Virus record (IMG/VR): IMGVR_UViG_3300029179_000007
Coordinates: 1 to 43,068 of that record
Reading direction: 5' to 3' (one strand)
DNA length: 43,068 nt
Source: a virus
This document shows, in pieces, positions 34,746-42,703 of this stretch. A program made the translations under genes and the position numbers. A model generated the notes under the pieces. It made no database searches. It was not told the origin of the DNA and saw nothing but the letters and a program-made list of their open reading frames with translations. How positions within the stretch are numbered: the first letter of the stretch is position 1; the number at the start of each line of letters is the position of its first letter.

Positions 34746-35126
34746 TTATGACGAGAGGTATTTGCCTTCGTTAGAGATAGCCGCCCACCTAACTAGGCAG
34801 TTTATAGTAAGTACTCCATCTGCATCAGTCTTAACTAGACTAATATTTTTGGGCACAAGTAGATCGTAAAACATTCCTGCAATCCCTCTGAATACTTCAG
34901 TATCCCATCCAGGAATTACGGGCAATTGTGAATCTTTATGAGTTAATTTAAACCCGGAAGTGGCATAGATAGTTACCAAGTTAACTTCTTCAGGCATTAC
35001 AATGTCTATTGACGCAGACGTTAATGCTACAGTTCGAGAATACTTAGCTCTAGCCGCAGAGAGGGGTATAGCTACGCCGTCTTGTGTACCTAAGATAAAT
35101 GAGTTATCTGGAATATTAGTACTCAT
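34746..35126 (-). CDS. Hypothetical virion-module protein (126 aa)
   Basis: ATGA overlap with the endolysin stop. Confidence 0.6.
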   Translation of the reverse strand: MSTNIPDNSFILGTQDGVAIPLSAARAKYSRTVALTSASIDIVMPEEVNLVTIYATSGFKLTHKDSQLPVIPGWDTEVFRGIAGMFYDLLVPKNISLVKTDADGVLTINCLVRWAAISNEGKYLSS

Positions 35127-35470
35127 TTCACACCATTATGCTCAAGAGAATAATGATTACCGTCAGGTCTAGACTTAAAGTCGCCACCCCAACGGGCTAA
35201 AGGATGCATAGTTTTCCACTTATCTCCAATAGCTTTATGTGCTTCAGTAGTCTGCTGATATACTCCGTTAATGTAAAGATTGAGATCCGCAGCCAGACCT
35301 ATAAGATGTAGAGAATTAGAAATGCCAGTACCTTTAGCAGCGTTAGCTTTTGCCTCAGCTTCGCTACGCTTAACTTGATCGTATGCCAAATCGTAGCCTT
35401 GCTCAGAAGCCCACAGCACTAATTGAGAGATCAACTTACTAAAAAGAATTCGTTTCTCACTGAGCTTCAT
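35123..35470 (-). CDS. Endolysin, peptidase M15 (VanY / L-Ala-D-Glu peptidase-like)
   Basis: Zn-ligand pattern SLHLIGLAADL ... RPDGNHYSLEH. Adjacent to the holin-like genes. Confidence 0.8.
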   Translation of the reverse strand: MKLSEKRILFSKLISQLVLWASEQGYDLAYDQVKRSEAEAKANAAKGTGISNSLHLIGLAADLNLYINGVYQQTTEAHKAIGDKWKTMHPLARWGGDFKSRPDGNHYSLEHNGVK

Positions 35471-35756
35471 TACGGCGCCCTCTACGGTAATGGTATACGA
35501 ACACTAGCAAAGCTAGCAAGGTTGCGGCGGATAGCAATAAAACTGATATAGCGTCCATGCGAGCTTGCTCCTGTGAGTTTACTGTTAGTAGCCCGTTTAT
35601 TCCGAAGAAAAACCAGCCAACACTTAAGAACATAGGGAAGACGTAAGGTTTATGGCTTCGAGTTGCAGGACATTCATAGTAGCACCAGATGCTATAACCG
35701 CAAGTATATACAGAAATCAGCACTAAGGCTGTATATAATGCTGCTATTTCATTCAT
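35457..35756 (-). CDS. Three-TMD membrane protein (second holin, antiholin or pinholin candidate)
   Basis: Three hydrophobic segments and a basic C-terminus YHYRRGRRNEAQ. Confidence 0.55.
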   Translation of the reverse strand: MNEIAALYTALVLISVYTCGYSIWCYYECPATRSHKPYVFPMFLSVGWFFFGINGLLTVNSQEQARMDAISVLLLSAATLLALLVFVYHYRRGRRNEAQ

Positions 35757-35758
35757 GG

Positions 35759-36094
35759 TTAATCCTTCTTGTTGTTGCTACGCCAGTTAAGGAAGTCCCG
35801 TAATACGCTTACCGGGTCGTTTTTTACTTTTTCGTAAAGCTTTATTACCCCTAGCAGAATATCCTTTCCACCAAAGCTGCCAATGGCTACTAGGAATGTA
35901 ATCAATCCTTTTGAGTATTCCTCCTCTACTAACAAGGGATAGACGATTAAAGAGAGCAGTATAGCTGCAATCATAACGCCAGTTACGCCCTTGACAGTAG
36001 GAGGTTCAACCGCTAGGAATACACGAGTAGCACCAGCAATCAAGCAGATAATTATGATGTTTAACGGAACCCCTAGCAATTGCTCTAATAGCAT
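35759..36094 (-). CDS. Holin (class I-like, three TMDs)
   Basis: AAGGAG SD 8 nt before ATG 36094. Three hydrophobic segments and a charged C-terminal tail ...NWRSNNKKD. Confidence 0.65.
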   Translation of the reverse strand: MLLEQLLGVPLNIIIICLIAGATRVFLAVEPPTVKGVTGVMIAAILLSLIVYPLLVEEEYSKGLITFLVAIGSFGGKDILLGVIKLYEKVKNDPVSVLRDFLNWRSNNKKD

Positions 36095-36203
36095 TGGCAC
36101 ATCTCCTTAATTTTTCGTTGGGACCTCCGGACAATTTGCCTGACTAAGCCAATCAGGTGCTTTTGTCATTTAGTTTAAAGGTATTCTATAGCCTTATTTA
36201 GGT

Positions 36204-37502
36204 TCATAGTGCTAGATCAAACCAAACTTGATCAAGAGGAAAGTGACCCTCAGTAAACGGATACGGTTGGTTAGGAGCTATGACGAAAACGATGTTGCCA
36301 TCTGGGTTTACAAAAATCAGACAATGATTAAAGTAGAGAGGCGTGTCAGTATCCCAGAAGATAGAGAATGCTTTTCTCTTTGCCGGACGAAAGCCCACCG
36401 GGAGATTGGCGATAACTTTGGACAAGGTAGAACCGATGTCAGGGTGAGTCCCTGAAACTGTTACTTTGCCACGCAAGCGAACTACGTTGTCTACTTTAGT
36501 GTAAGACGGATGATGGTAGTCTGCGGAGTCGCCAGCTGAGTCCCAAATAAACGGAGAAACCAGAGTAAGGTTAGTATACACTGGCAAGGATGATTCTACT
36601 TGGCCAGATACAGTAATCCCTGTAGAACTGGTAGTAAGTTTTGCGGCACCTCCATGTCGTAATACCGTAGAGCCTACAGCGGAGTAAAGGTCGATGTTCC
36701 CGGCGACGACTGATAGAGTGCCTTTGCCGGGAGTCCCATCGCCCCCAAGACATTGGACCCTAGCATCGTAATCTACCGGGGATGCCCCAGAGTGAAAATC
36801 AATATACCCAGTGCCAGCAGTTCCATCGGTGCGGCCAACTTCAATACCTGCATTACTTGCGTTAGCCTTAAAAGCATTACCTATAGTTACGTTTCCTGTG
36901 AATGAAGGCGCTGCTATGTTTGCCTTACTATTTGGATCGAAGTTCCCCGAGTGCCATATAGTACGCAATGCAGTACCATCATGATACTGAGGTGCAGCAG
37001 CACCGCGAGGAATAGCGATCCAGCGTTGACCTAGTGAGCTATTGTGGAACAGCCGCAATGCTCCACTACCAGTCTGTATATCAAGTAACCCAGTATCCGT
37101 TTCGCCTACTGCCCCTTGATCTGCTCGCAGAATGTTTAAGGAGATATATCCGCTACCGCCAGAGTTTAGTGTCTGGCCAGCGGACCATGTGTTTGATGCA
37201 GATAGTAATGGTACGTTAGAGCCGCTTGTCCCAATATTACGGATAGCGGCAGTACCAAGTTCCAGAGCCGTGCGAGCTGCGGCTGAATCTGCAGAAGCAC
37301 TAAAAGTCCTAGTAAAAGAAGATATAGTGTATGTCGATAGCGCTCCTGGACCTGAAAAGAATATCCCTAAATTGGCAGCACCAGAGAGTCCTCCTAGAGA
37401 ATTCAAATTAGCTGTTAGACTACTATCGGGTATTTGGTCTGTTGCAGGTAGTTCAGAGGCTACTCCAGTATTTAACAAAACCAAAGGACGCCTACTAGCC
37501 AT
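36204..37502 (-). CDS. Tail fibre protein (432 aa)
   Basis: N-terminal features typical of fibres (LNTGVASELPATDQIP, AARTALELGTAA, GTSGSNVPLL). Codon usage differs from neighbouring genes. Confidence 0.7.
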   Translation of the reverse strand: MASRRPLVLLNTGVASELPATDQIPDSSLTANLNSLGGLSGAANLGIFFSGPGALSTYTISSFTRTFSASADSAAARTALELGTAAIRNIGTSGSNVPLLSASNTWSAGQTLNSGGSGYISLNILRADQGAVGETDTGLLDIQTGSGALRLFHNSSLGQRWIAIPRGAAAPQYHDGTALRTIWHSGNFDPNSKANIAAPSFTGNVTIGNAFKANASNAGIEVGRTDGTAGTGYIDFHSGASPVDYDARVQCLGGDGTPGKGTLSVVAGNIDLYSAVGSTVLRHGGAAKLTTSSTGITVSGQVESSLPVYTNLTLVSPFIWDSAGDSADYHHPSYTKVDNVVRLRGKVTVSGTHPDIGSTLSKVIANLPVGFRPAKRKAFSIFWDTDTPLYFNHCLIFVNPDGNIVFVIAPNQPYPFTEGHFPLDQVWFDLAL

Positions 37503-37510
37503 AGTATTAT

Positions 37511-38029
37511 TTATCCTCGAATAATCGGAGCAGAAGCTTCAAAATCAATGGTAGTGGCTGAAGTGGCAACGCCTATTCTTTGCAGCATACGGCCTGCGAT
37601 AGTAACAGGAGTAGTAGTGACGCCACCTGGAGTAGTATCAGAAAGGAAATAAGTAGCGCCCGGAGTAAGCCCAACGAAACCAGGAATCTCGCCTTCAAAA
37701 TAGACATTAACGTTAGCTGGAGATGTTACGCTGTCTTTAATAAAACCCATAGCCTGCTTAGCGGCAGCTGCGGTAGAAGCATCAGCATAACGGACTTTCT
37801 GACCAGAAGAGTTATGAATATTTACTAAACAAGGCGCTGTCATATTTTCCGATGCGGCAATACTCTTAGAAGAATCACCAATACCGGAAGGAAGTACAGT
37901 AGGGTCTAGTTTACCGTTAGCATCAAGTGCTACTATCTCACCAGCATTAGCCGCGCCAGCAGAAGTTACAGTACCTTCCACTTCAGAAGTATTACCGTTA
38001 GCATCAATTGCCAAATATTTATCAACCAT
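37511..38029 (-). CDS. Fibre-like protein (172 aa), paralogue of the next gene
   Basis: ALDANGKLDPTVLPSGIG fibre-type N-terminus. The C-terminal domain ends ...IIRG, as the 143-aa protein ends ...IIRS. Confidence 0.55.
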   Translation of the reverse strand: MVDKYLAIDANGNTSEVEGTVTSAGAANAGEIVALDANGKLDPTVLPSGIGDSSKSIAASENMTAPCLVNIHNSSGQKVRYADASTAAAAKQAMGFIKDSVTSPANVNVYFEGEIPGFVGLTPGATYFLSDTTPGGVTTTPVTIAGRMLQRIGVATSATTIDFEASAPIIRG

Positions 38030-38031
38030 GA

Positions 38032-38463
38032 TTAACTCCTGATAATTGAATGCCCTATATTGAGGGCTAAAGTCGTGCCGTCATCTAACATAGTTCCGAC
38101 ACAGAGAATAATACCCGTTAAAGGTACTACCTGGGTTAATTGACCTGCATTGCCCAACCAAACTTTTCCTGGCACTAGTCCAGCTACGTCAGAAACTATT
38201 CCATTTGTGATGTAAAATACATCTTGTCCAGCCAGAGCAGCATTTAGTGTTATTCCTATTACATTAGAGGCATGAATTAAAGTATCCTTATCCGAATAGG
38301 TAATTTTATCTAAGCTAGTATCTATAGCTAAAAGTCTATGAGAAGAAGAATTAAAATCTAAAATAGTACTATAATCAGGATTACTAGGAGATGGATCTAC
38401 TCCCTGGCCTGGGATACCAGAGGGTACGGTTCTATAATTACTAGACCCTCTGTAATTAGTCAT
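38032..38463 (-). CDS. Fibre/adaptor-like protein (143 aa)
   Basis: Shares the G-x-V...GL-x-PG...IG...IIR[GS] C-terminal pattern with the 172-aa protein. Confidence 0.5.
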   Translation of the reverse strand: MTNYRGSSNYRTVPSGIPGQGVDPSPSNPDYSTILDFNSSSHRLLAIDTSLDKITYSDKDTLIHASNVIGITLNAALAGQDVFYITNGIVSDVAGLVPGKVWLGNAGQLTQVVPLTGIILCVGTMLDDGTTLALNIGHSIIRS

Positions 38464-39083
38464 TAGATCACTCCAGAATTAACATTATCCAATTTAAACT
38501 GGCGTAACAATCTTACATATTCAGCGTAGTAGCGATCATGAGAAGCATCGTCCCCAGTATTCTTATATACTTTAGCCATAGTTCCTATAATTAGAATTTC
38601 AGAAGCTGAATCTAGTAACCAGTAGTCAGTCTCAATCGTAGAGGTAAGATAGGTTGGTAGACAATATACCCCTATTACAAACTTATCATAGGATTTAGAT
38701 GGATTGATAACAAGTTGATTTTGGCCATTCCTATAGAAAACATCCTGCTCTGGGCAATTAGCTAGTAATAGATTGTGTGGAGTAACTTCAGTAAGTTTTT
38801 GATTATCATAGGCAAGGTAGGCTACCTTACGAATTACGGCTTCATACAAAGGAGCTACTAAGAAATCCGCTAGTAAAGGAATAGCAATTTTAATCGGTCC
38901 AGACATTACAGATTGATTAATAGGATCCGCATAGAATTCAGTTTCATATAAGTCTTGAGGATAGTCAGCACTACGGGCTACTTCTCTAATACAAGCATTT
39001 AAGCTATCAACCGCCCAAGCCTCTTGGTCTGGGCGGCCAGTAGCTTGCAGAACTCGTACTAGAAGATCTGCAAATTGCAGCAT
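38463..39083 (-). CDS. Putative head-tail adaptor / tail tubular A-like protein (206 aa)
   Basis: Assigned by size and position after the capsid genes. TAATG coupling on both sides. Confidence 0.35.
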   Translation of the reverse strand: MLQFADLLVRVLQATGRPDQEAWAVDSLNACIREVARSADYPQDLYETEFYADPINQSVMSGPIKIAIPLLADFLVAPLYEAVIRKVAYLAYDNQKLTEVTPHNLLLANCPEQDVFYRNGQNQLVINPSKSYDKFVIGVYCLPTYLTSTIETDYWLLDSASEILIIGTMAKVYKNTGDDASHDRYYAEYVRLLRQFKLDNVNSGVI

Positions 39084-39526
39084 TATTCAGATGCCTCTAC
39101 TTTTTCGTATACTCCAGCCTTAACTAGCGATTCCAATTCTTCAAGCATATCTTCAGACACCGTCAATGGGAAAAAGAAACGCCCGCCTACTTGAGCAGCC
39201 GTTTGACCTTTGACTCGTCCTTTACTAATTGAATAGTAACCAGGAGTAGCCATGCCATCCTCAGCAGCGCCGAACTGACTAAAACCATAAGCAGGAGAAG
39301 GTACTGCGGTAATGGAATTATCCATACCGACATTAATACCGCCCATAAGGTTATTAAGAGCCTCGTGAGCCGCAGCCAGGTCAGGACGGTCCTGCACTAT
39401 AGAAGTATCAGGCGTAGTAAGTTCAGTCAGAGCTGCTGAGTCTACACTCGGAGCTGCTACAGTAGCAGTTTCCTCTTGTGCGGCCTCATTTTGAGTATTT
39501 TTGAGCTTATTCAGAAAATCGGTCAT
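39083..39526 (-). CDS. Hypothetical head-module protein (147 aa)
   Basis: AGGAG SD 6 nt before the ATG. Follows the post-capsid terminator. The N-terminus is MTDFLNKLKN. Confidence 0.6.
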   Translation of the reverse strand: MTDFLNKLKNTQNEAAQEETATVAAPSVDSAALTELTTPDTSIVQDRPDLAAAHEALNNLMGGINVGMDNSITAVPSPAYGFSQFGAAEDGMATPGYYSISKGRVKGQTAAQVGGRFFFPLTVSEDMLEELESLVKAGVYEKVEASE

Positions 39527-39543
39527 GATATTCTCCTAGGTAT

Positions 39544-39579
39544 AAAAAAAGCCCCGCAAGCAATTTGCGCAAGCGGGGC
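39544..39579 (-). terminator. Rho-independent terminator or attenuator after the capsid gene
   Basis: On the minus strand: gccccgc...gcggggc stem followed by a T7 run. Confidence 0.8.
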
Positions 39580-39604
39580 TTCCCATTGCAAAACAACAGA
39601 AGAA

Positions 39605-40840
39605 TTAAACTACTTCTTTGGTGTAATGAACACGCGGTTTGGCTTTGATCAGGTTAGTAATCACACCACAACCAGCCGGGTTAATAAGTTCTACCGCAGC
39701 TTCAGTAGTAATGGAACCACCTTGAGCATCCACACCGTTACCCATTTCATTGCTACCGCCAGACGAAGGCTGATAGGATTCAGAGATAGTCTTACGACCA
39801 TCCATGTAAGCCATCTTAACAGCCGGCACATCCACGATCACCATAGTACCAGGAGTAACACCGATACCATTGAACAGCGGATGCTCCTTCAGCATCAGCG
39901 AGCCTTTGAAGTAGCGGAACTCACTGAACTTCATGCCGTAGGAAGTTTCTTTTTGGGTCAGAGATACTTCGCCGTACTCTTTACCAATATCCTGCATCAC
40001 GCGCATAGCAGTAGTATCGCAGAAGGCTACACGAGTAGTAGGATCACCTACGTCAGTAGCATACTTCCAGCAAGGCAGCAACATATCCACGATATCATCG
40101 TAGGAAGTTTCAGCAGGAGCAGCATCCACGTTAGTAGGAGCATATTGACGAATTGCGTCAACAATACCCTGAGTAGCATGAATAGGCTGACCGTTCACAG
40201 TACTCATGTACGGCTGGCCCCAGAACAGACTAGACTCAATATCAATCGAGTGGAAGTCCATGCAATCACGCTTACTTTCGGAGATGTTGCTGTAGCCTTG
40301 TTCAGCATAGCTAGCACGAGCAGTATCAGTAAGAGCCCAGGCATTACGCCAGATCTGAGTGAAGTTCGGTACATACACTGCTTGAATACTACGAGCAGCA
40401 GGACGCGGCGAACCTTCTTCATGAGCGTTACCAATAGCAATCCAAGTATCGCCATTGTTAACAGCAGCAGCTGCGATACGACCGAACTGACGAGTAACAG
40501 TCAGAACAGTAGCAGAAGTCACAGTCAGAATACGCACAGTTTCGTTAGTGCGCAGGTTCTGCAGTACCATGCCTTTTACTAGACCAGCAGTAGATACTAC
40601 GGTCAGGGAAGTATCACCTACCAGAGCAGTAGCAGCCATTACAGCCTGGCTAAATACCATGGTCTTAGAGAAGTAGCCGTGAGTAGAAGCTTTTGCTTTG
40701 CTGTCGCCAGTCATAGCAGTCATACCAAACAGCGGTGCGCTACCATTAGGACGACGACGCAGAATAGTACCAGCAAAAGAACGTGCGTTCAGCTCAGCCG
40801 GGTTCTGCGTAGTGTTGAAAATACCAGCATAAATGCTCAT
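39605..40840 (-). CDS. Major capsid protein (HK97 fold, SU10/DUF5309-like)
   Basis: 411 aa with the most optimised codons in the window, followed by a strong terminator. Patterns RRPNGSAPLFGMT and VPNFTQIWRNAWALTDTARA resemble this capsid family. Confidence 0.85.
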   Translation of the reverse strand: MSIYAGIFNTTQNPAELNARSFAGTILRRRPNGSAPLFGMTAMTGDSKAKASTHGYFSKTMVFSQAVMAATALVGDTSLTVVSTAGLVKGMVLQNLRTNETVRILTVTSATVLTVTRQFGRIAAAAVNNGDTWIAIGNAHEEGSPRPAARSIQAVYVPNFTQIWRNAWALTDTARASYAEQGYSNISESKRDCMDFHSIDIESSLFWGQPYMSTVNGQPIHATQGIVDAIRQYAPTNVDAAPAETSYDDIVDMLLPCWKYATDVGDPTTRVAFCDTTAMRVMQDIGKEYGEVSLTQKETSYGMKFSEFRYFKGSLMLKEHPLFNGIGVTPGTMVIVDVPAVKMAYMDGRKTISESYQPSSGGSNEMGNGVDAQGGSITTEAAVELINPAGCGVITNLIKAKPRVHYTKEVV

Positions 40841-40852
40841 GTTATTACTCCA

Positions 40853-41617
40853 TTACTGTTGAGGAAAATTGCCTTGAGAATCAGGTTGAACAAAACCACC
40901 AAGAACGTCCCAGTCTTGCTCCTTAGAAGCCTGAGCTTGACGTTGTTGAACTTTGGACGGATCAGAAGTATCAATGTTGTTACCAACTTGAGACATCATC
41001 TTCCAGACTTGTTGCTCGATTTGTTGGGCTGTAGCAGTGGGGAATTCTTTTGCGAGCCGAGAAGCAGCAGTACGGAACAAGTCCTGCATCATAGGATGCA
41101 AGCTATCAATGCTATTGATATTGTTCGTAATGGCTTGTTGTCGCACAGATGAGTTGAGACCTTCACGCTCGAAGTCAAAACGAGAGTCCAGGTACTTACC
41201 GCTCAGTTGCATACTATGCTCAAGAGCATTAGTGTACGACTGTTGGCCTACGAAATTCAGCAGAGGCATAAGAGCCTTTAGCGTATTTTCGTCCAGACCG
41301 GCTGTCAACTCTTGGGGGATGTTCTGCAAGAAATTGATATTACCAGCAATCTCTTGTAGTTTGTCGCGTGGGATATTAAATTGCGGAGCTTGATTCTGTT
41401 GCTGCTGGCTATTATCCAACAAAAGCGACAGGACGTCAAGCTCTTTGAAAGGGTTATTATCATCCCCATTAGCAGGAAAACCAGCCGGATTAGCCTGCAT
41501 CTGTTGCTGCTGTTGCTGCCCACCACCTTGCTGTTGTTGTTGATTACCCTGTTGCTGGGATTGTTGCTGTTGTTGCTGGTTAGGATTGTTACGACGCAGA
41601 AGATCCCAAATGTTCAT
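40853..41617 (-). CDS. Scaffolding protein with an N-terminal polyQ tract
   Basis: Sits between the portal-side genes and the capsid gene. Helical and Q-rich, with NPNQQQQQQSQQQGNQQQQQGGGQQQQQQMQ. Confidence 0.65.
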   Translation of the reverse strand: MNIWDLLRRNNPNQQQQQQSQQQGNQQQQQGGGQQQQQQMQANPAGFPANGDDNNPFKELDVLSLLLDNSQQQQNQAPQFNIPRDKLQEIAGNINFLQNIPQELTAGLDENTLKALMPLLNFVGQQSYTNALEHSMQLSGKYLDSRFDFEREGLNSSVRQQAITNNINSIDSLHPMMQDLFRTAASRLAKEFPTATAQQIEQQVWKMMSQVGNNIDTSDPSKVQQRQAQASKEQDWDVLGGFVQPDSQGNFPQQ

Positions 41618-41632
41618 TTTGTATTTCCTCTA

Positions 41633-41962
41633 TTACTCAGGTTGGGTATTTTGGGTCATGGCTTTATGCATTTCCATTGCCTCTGGAAGCTTATAAGCCA
41701 GGTTGTACAACTTTTCTAACACGTTCATTTTAGCGTTAGCAGTATTGAGAGCTAGCACAACATCGCGATCAGATTCAGTAGAAGGCTGCATGTGAGTGAT
41801 TTGGTATACTAGATGATCGTACTCGTTCTTGATAAAGGCAAGCACGGCAGGAGAATTACTAAGCTCCATACCGATTTGAATATCTTCTCGCAGTAGATCA
41901 AGCCCATCTTTCGTACTGCGCTCAGATACTGGATTTGGTGCAATGGGTTTAAGGTCTGACAT
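41633..41962 (-). CDS. Hypothetical head-module protein (109 aa)
   Basis: GGGAG SD about 10 nt before ATG 41962. Confidence 0.6.
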   Translation of the reverse strand: MSDLKPIAPNPVSERSTKDGLDLLREDIQIGMELSNSPAVLAFIKNEYDHLVYQITHMQPSTESDRDVVLALNTANAKMNVLEKLYNLAYKLPEAMEMHKAMTQNTQPE

Positions 41963-41991
41963 TCTAATGAACTCCCGATTAGTATCGAATT

Positions 41992-42108
41992 GCCTTATAC
42001 ACGGGAACCCTTTGCGCTAAAAGAGATAGCTACGCACCAGCCCACGGTTGCAAGGCAACCTTCGGCTTGCTGCTTAACGCTACTCTTTGCGCTGTCCCGT
42101 ATAAAGGC
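41992..42108 (-). ncRNA. Roughly 117-nt rod-like structured element (candidate processing site, attenuator or structured RNA)
   Basis: Nested imperfect inverted repeats: ccttatacacggga/tcccgtataaagg, gcgctaaaagagatagc/gctactctttgcgc, and an apical perfect hairpin ggttgc-aag-gcaacc (42046-42060). Confidence 0.45.
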
Positions 42109-42139
42109 ACGCTTCGCTAATTCTCAACGAATCTCCGTA

Positions 42140-42703
42140 CTACTGTCTTAGCAGTCTAGCGTGAATAGCATCGACTGCTTCCTTGATCTTTCCTTCTTTA
42201 AGATAGAGTACAGCGTCACGATCGTCCTCTGCGAGTTCATTAGTAATCTTGTGACCAGTTTCGAGCTTAGAGTTTATGAGCCAATCGGGGCGCAACTTGA
42301 ATACTATACCGTCGTTACGACGAATCCAAGCGGCCTCATTCTCAGCTCGTACATCAGTAATGATCATAGTAGTAAAAGGATATTCAGCTTTAACGTCTTC
42401 GTAGTATTTAGCAAGGATAGTTACCCAGAAGTCAGTATGAATCATCTCACGACCAAAATCAGTACCAAGCTTTTCTAGGAAGTTACGACGAGTGCCAAGC
42501 TCTTCTCTGTTAAGTACAAATTCTTGCTTAGCACCATGCGTCATAGTGATGTGAAATGCTGGATCTACTACAGCAGCCATGCGATAGAGAGGAAGCGCGA
42601 ATTTACTAATGATCGAGTTAGAGATCGTCTCAGCTAGTGCACTACCAAGAGTGTCTTTACCGCTACTATAGGGACCATGAAAACCGACTATCTTAGGAAT
42701 CAT
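42140..42703 (-). CDS. Deoxynucleoside monophosphate kinase-like P-loop kinase
   Basis: N-terminal P-loop IVGFHGPYSSGKDTLG, as in phage dNMP kinases. ATGA overlap with the portal stop. Confidence 0.65.
   Translation of the reverse strand: MIPKIVGFHGPYSSGKDTLGSALAETISNSIISKFALPLYRMAAVVDPAFHITMTHGAKQEFVLNREELGTRRNFLEKLGTDFGREMIHTDFWVTILAKYYEDVKAEYPFTTMIITDVRAENEAAWIRRNDGIVFKLRPDWLINSKLETGHKITNELAEDDRDAVLYLKEGKIKEAVDAIHARLLRQ

Noticed and set aside
39476-40582. The 368-aa plus-strand ORF opposite the capsid gene
   Set aside because: It is an antisense shadow ORF of a strongly codon-biased gene. The minus-strand product has clear capsid-family features and expression signals.
41992-42108. A tRNA or tmRNA-like gene in the portal-side gap
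   Set aside because: It has no cloverleaf proportions, no T-loop GTTCRANYC or D-loop consensus. The fold is a single long rod.
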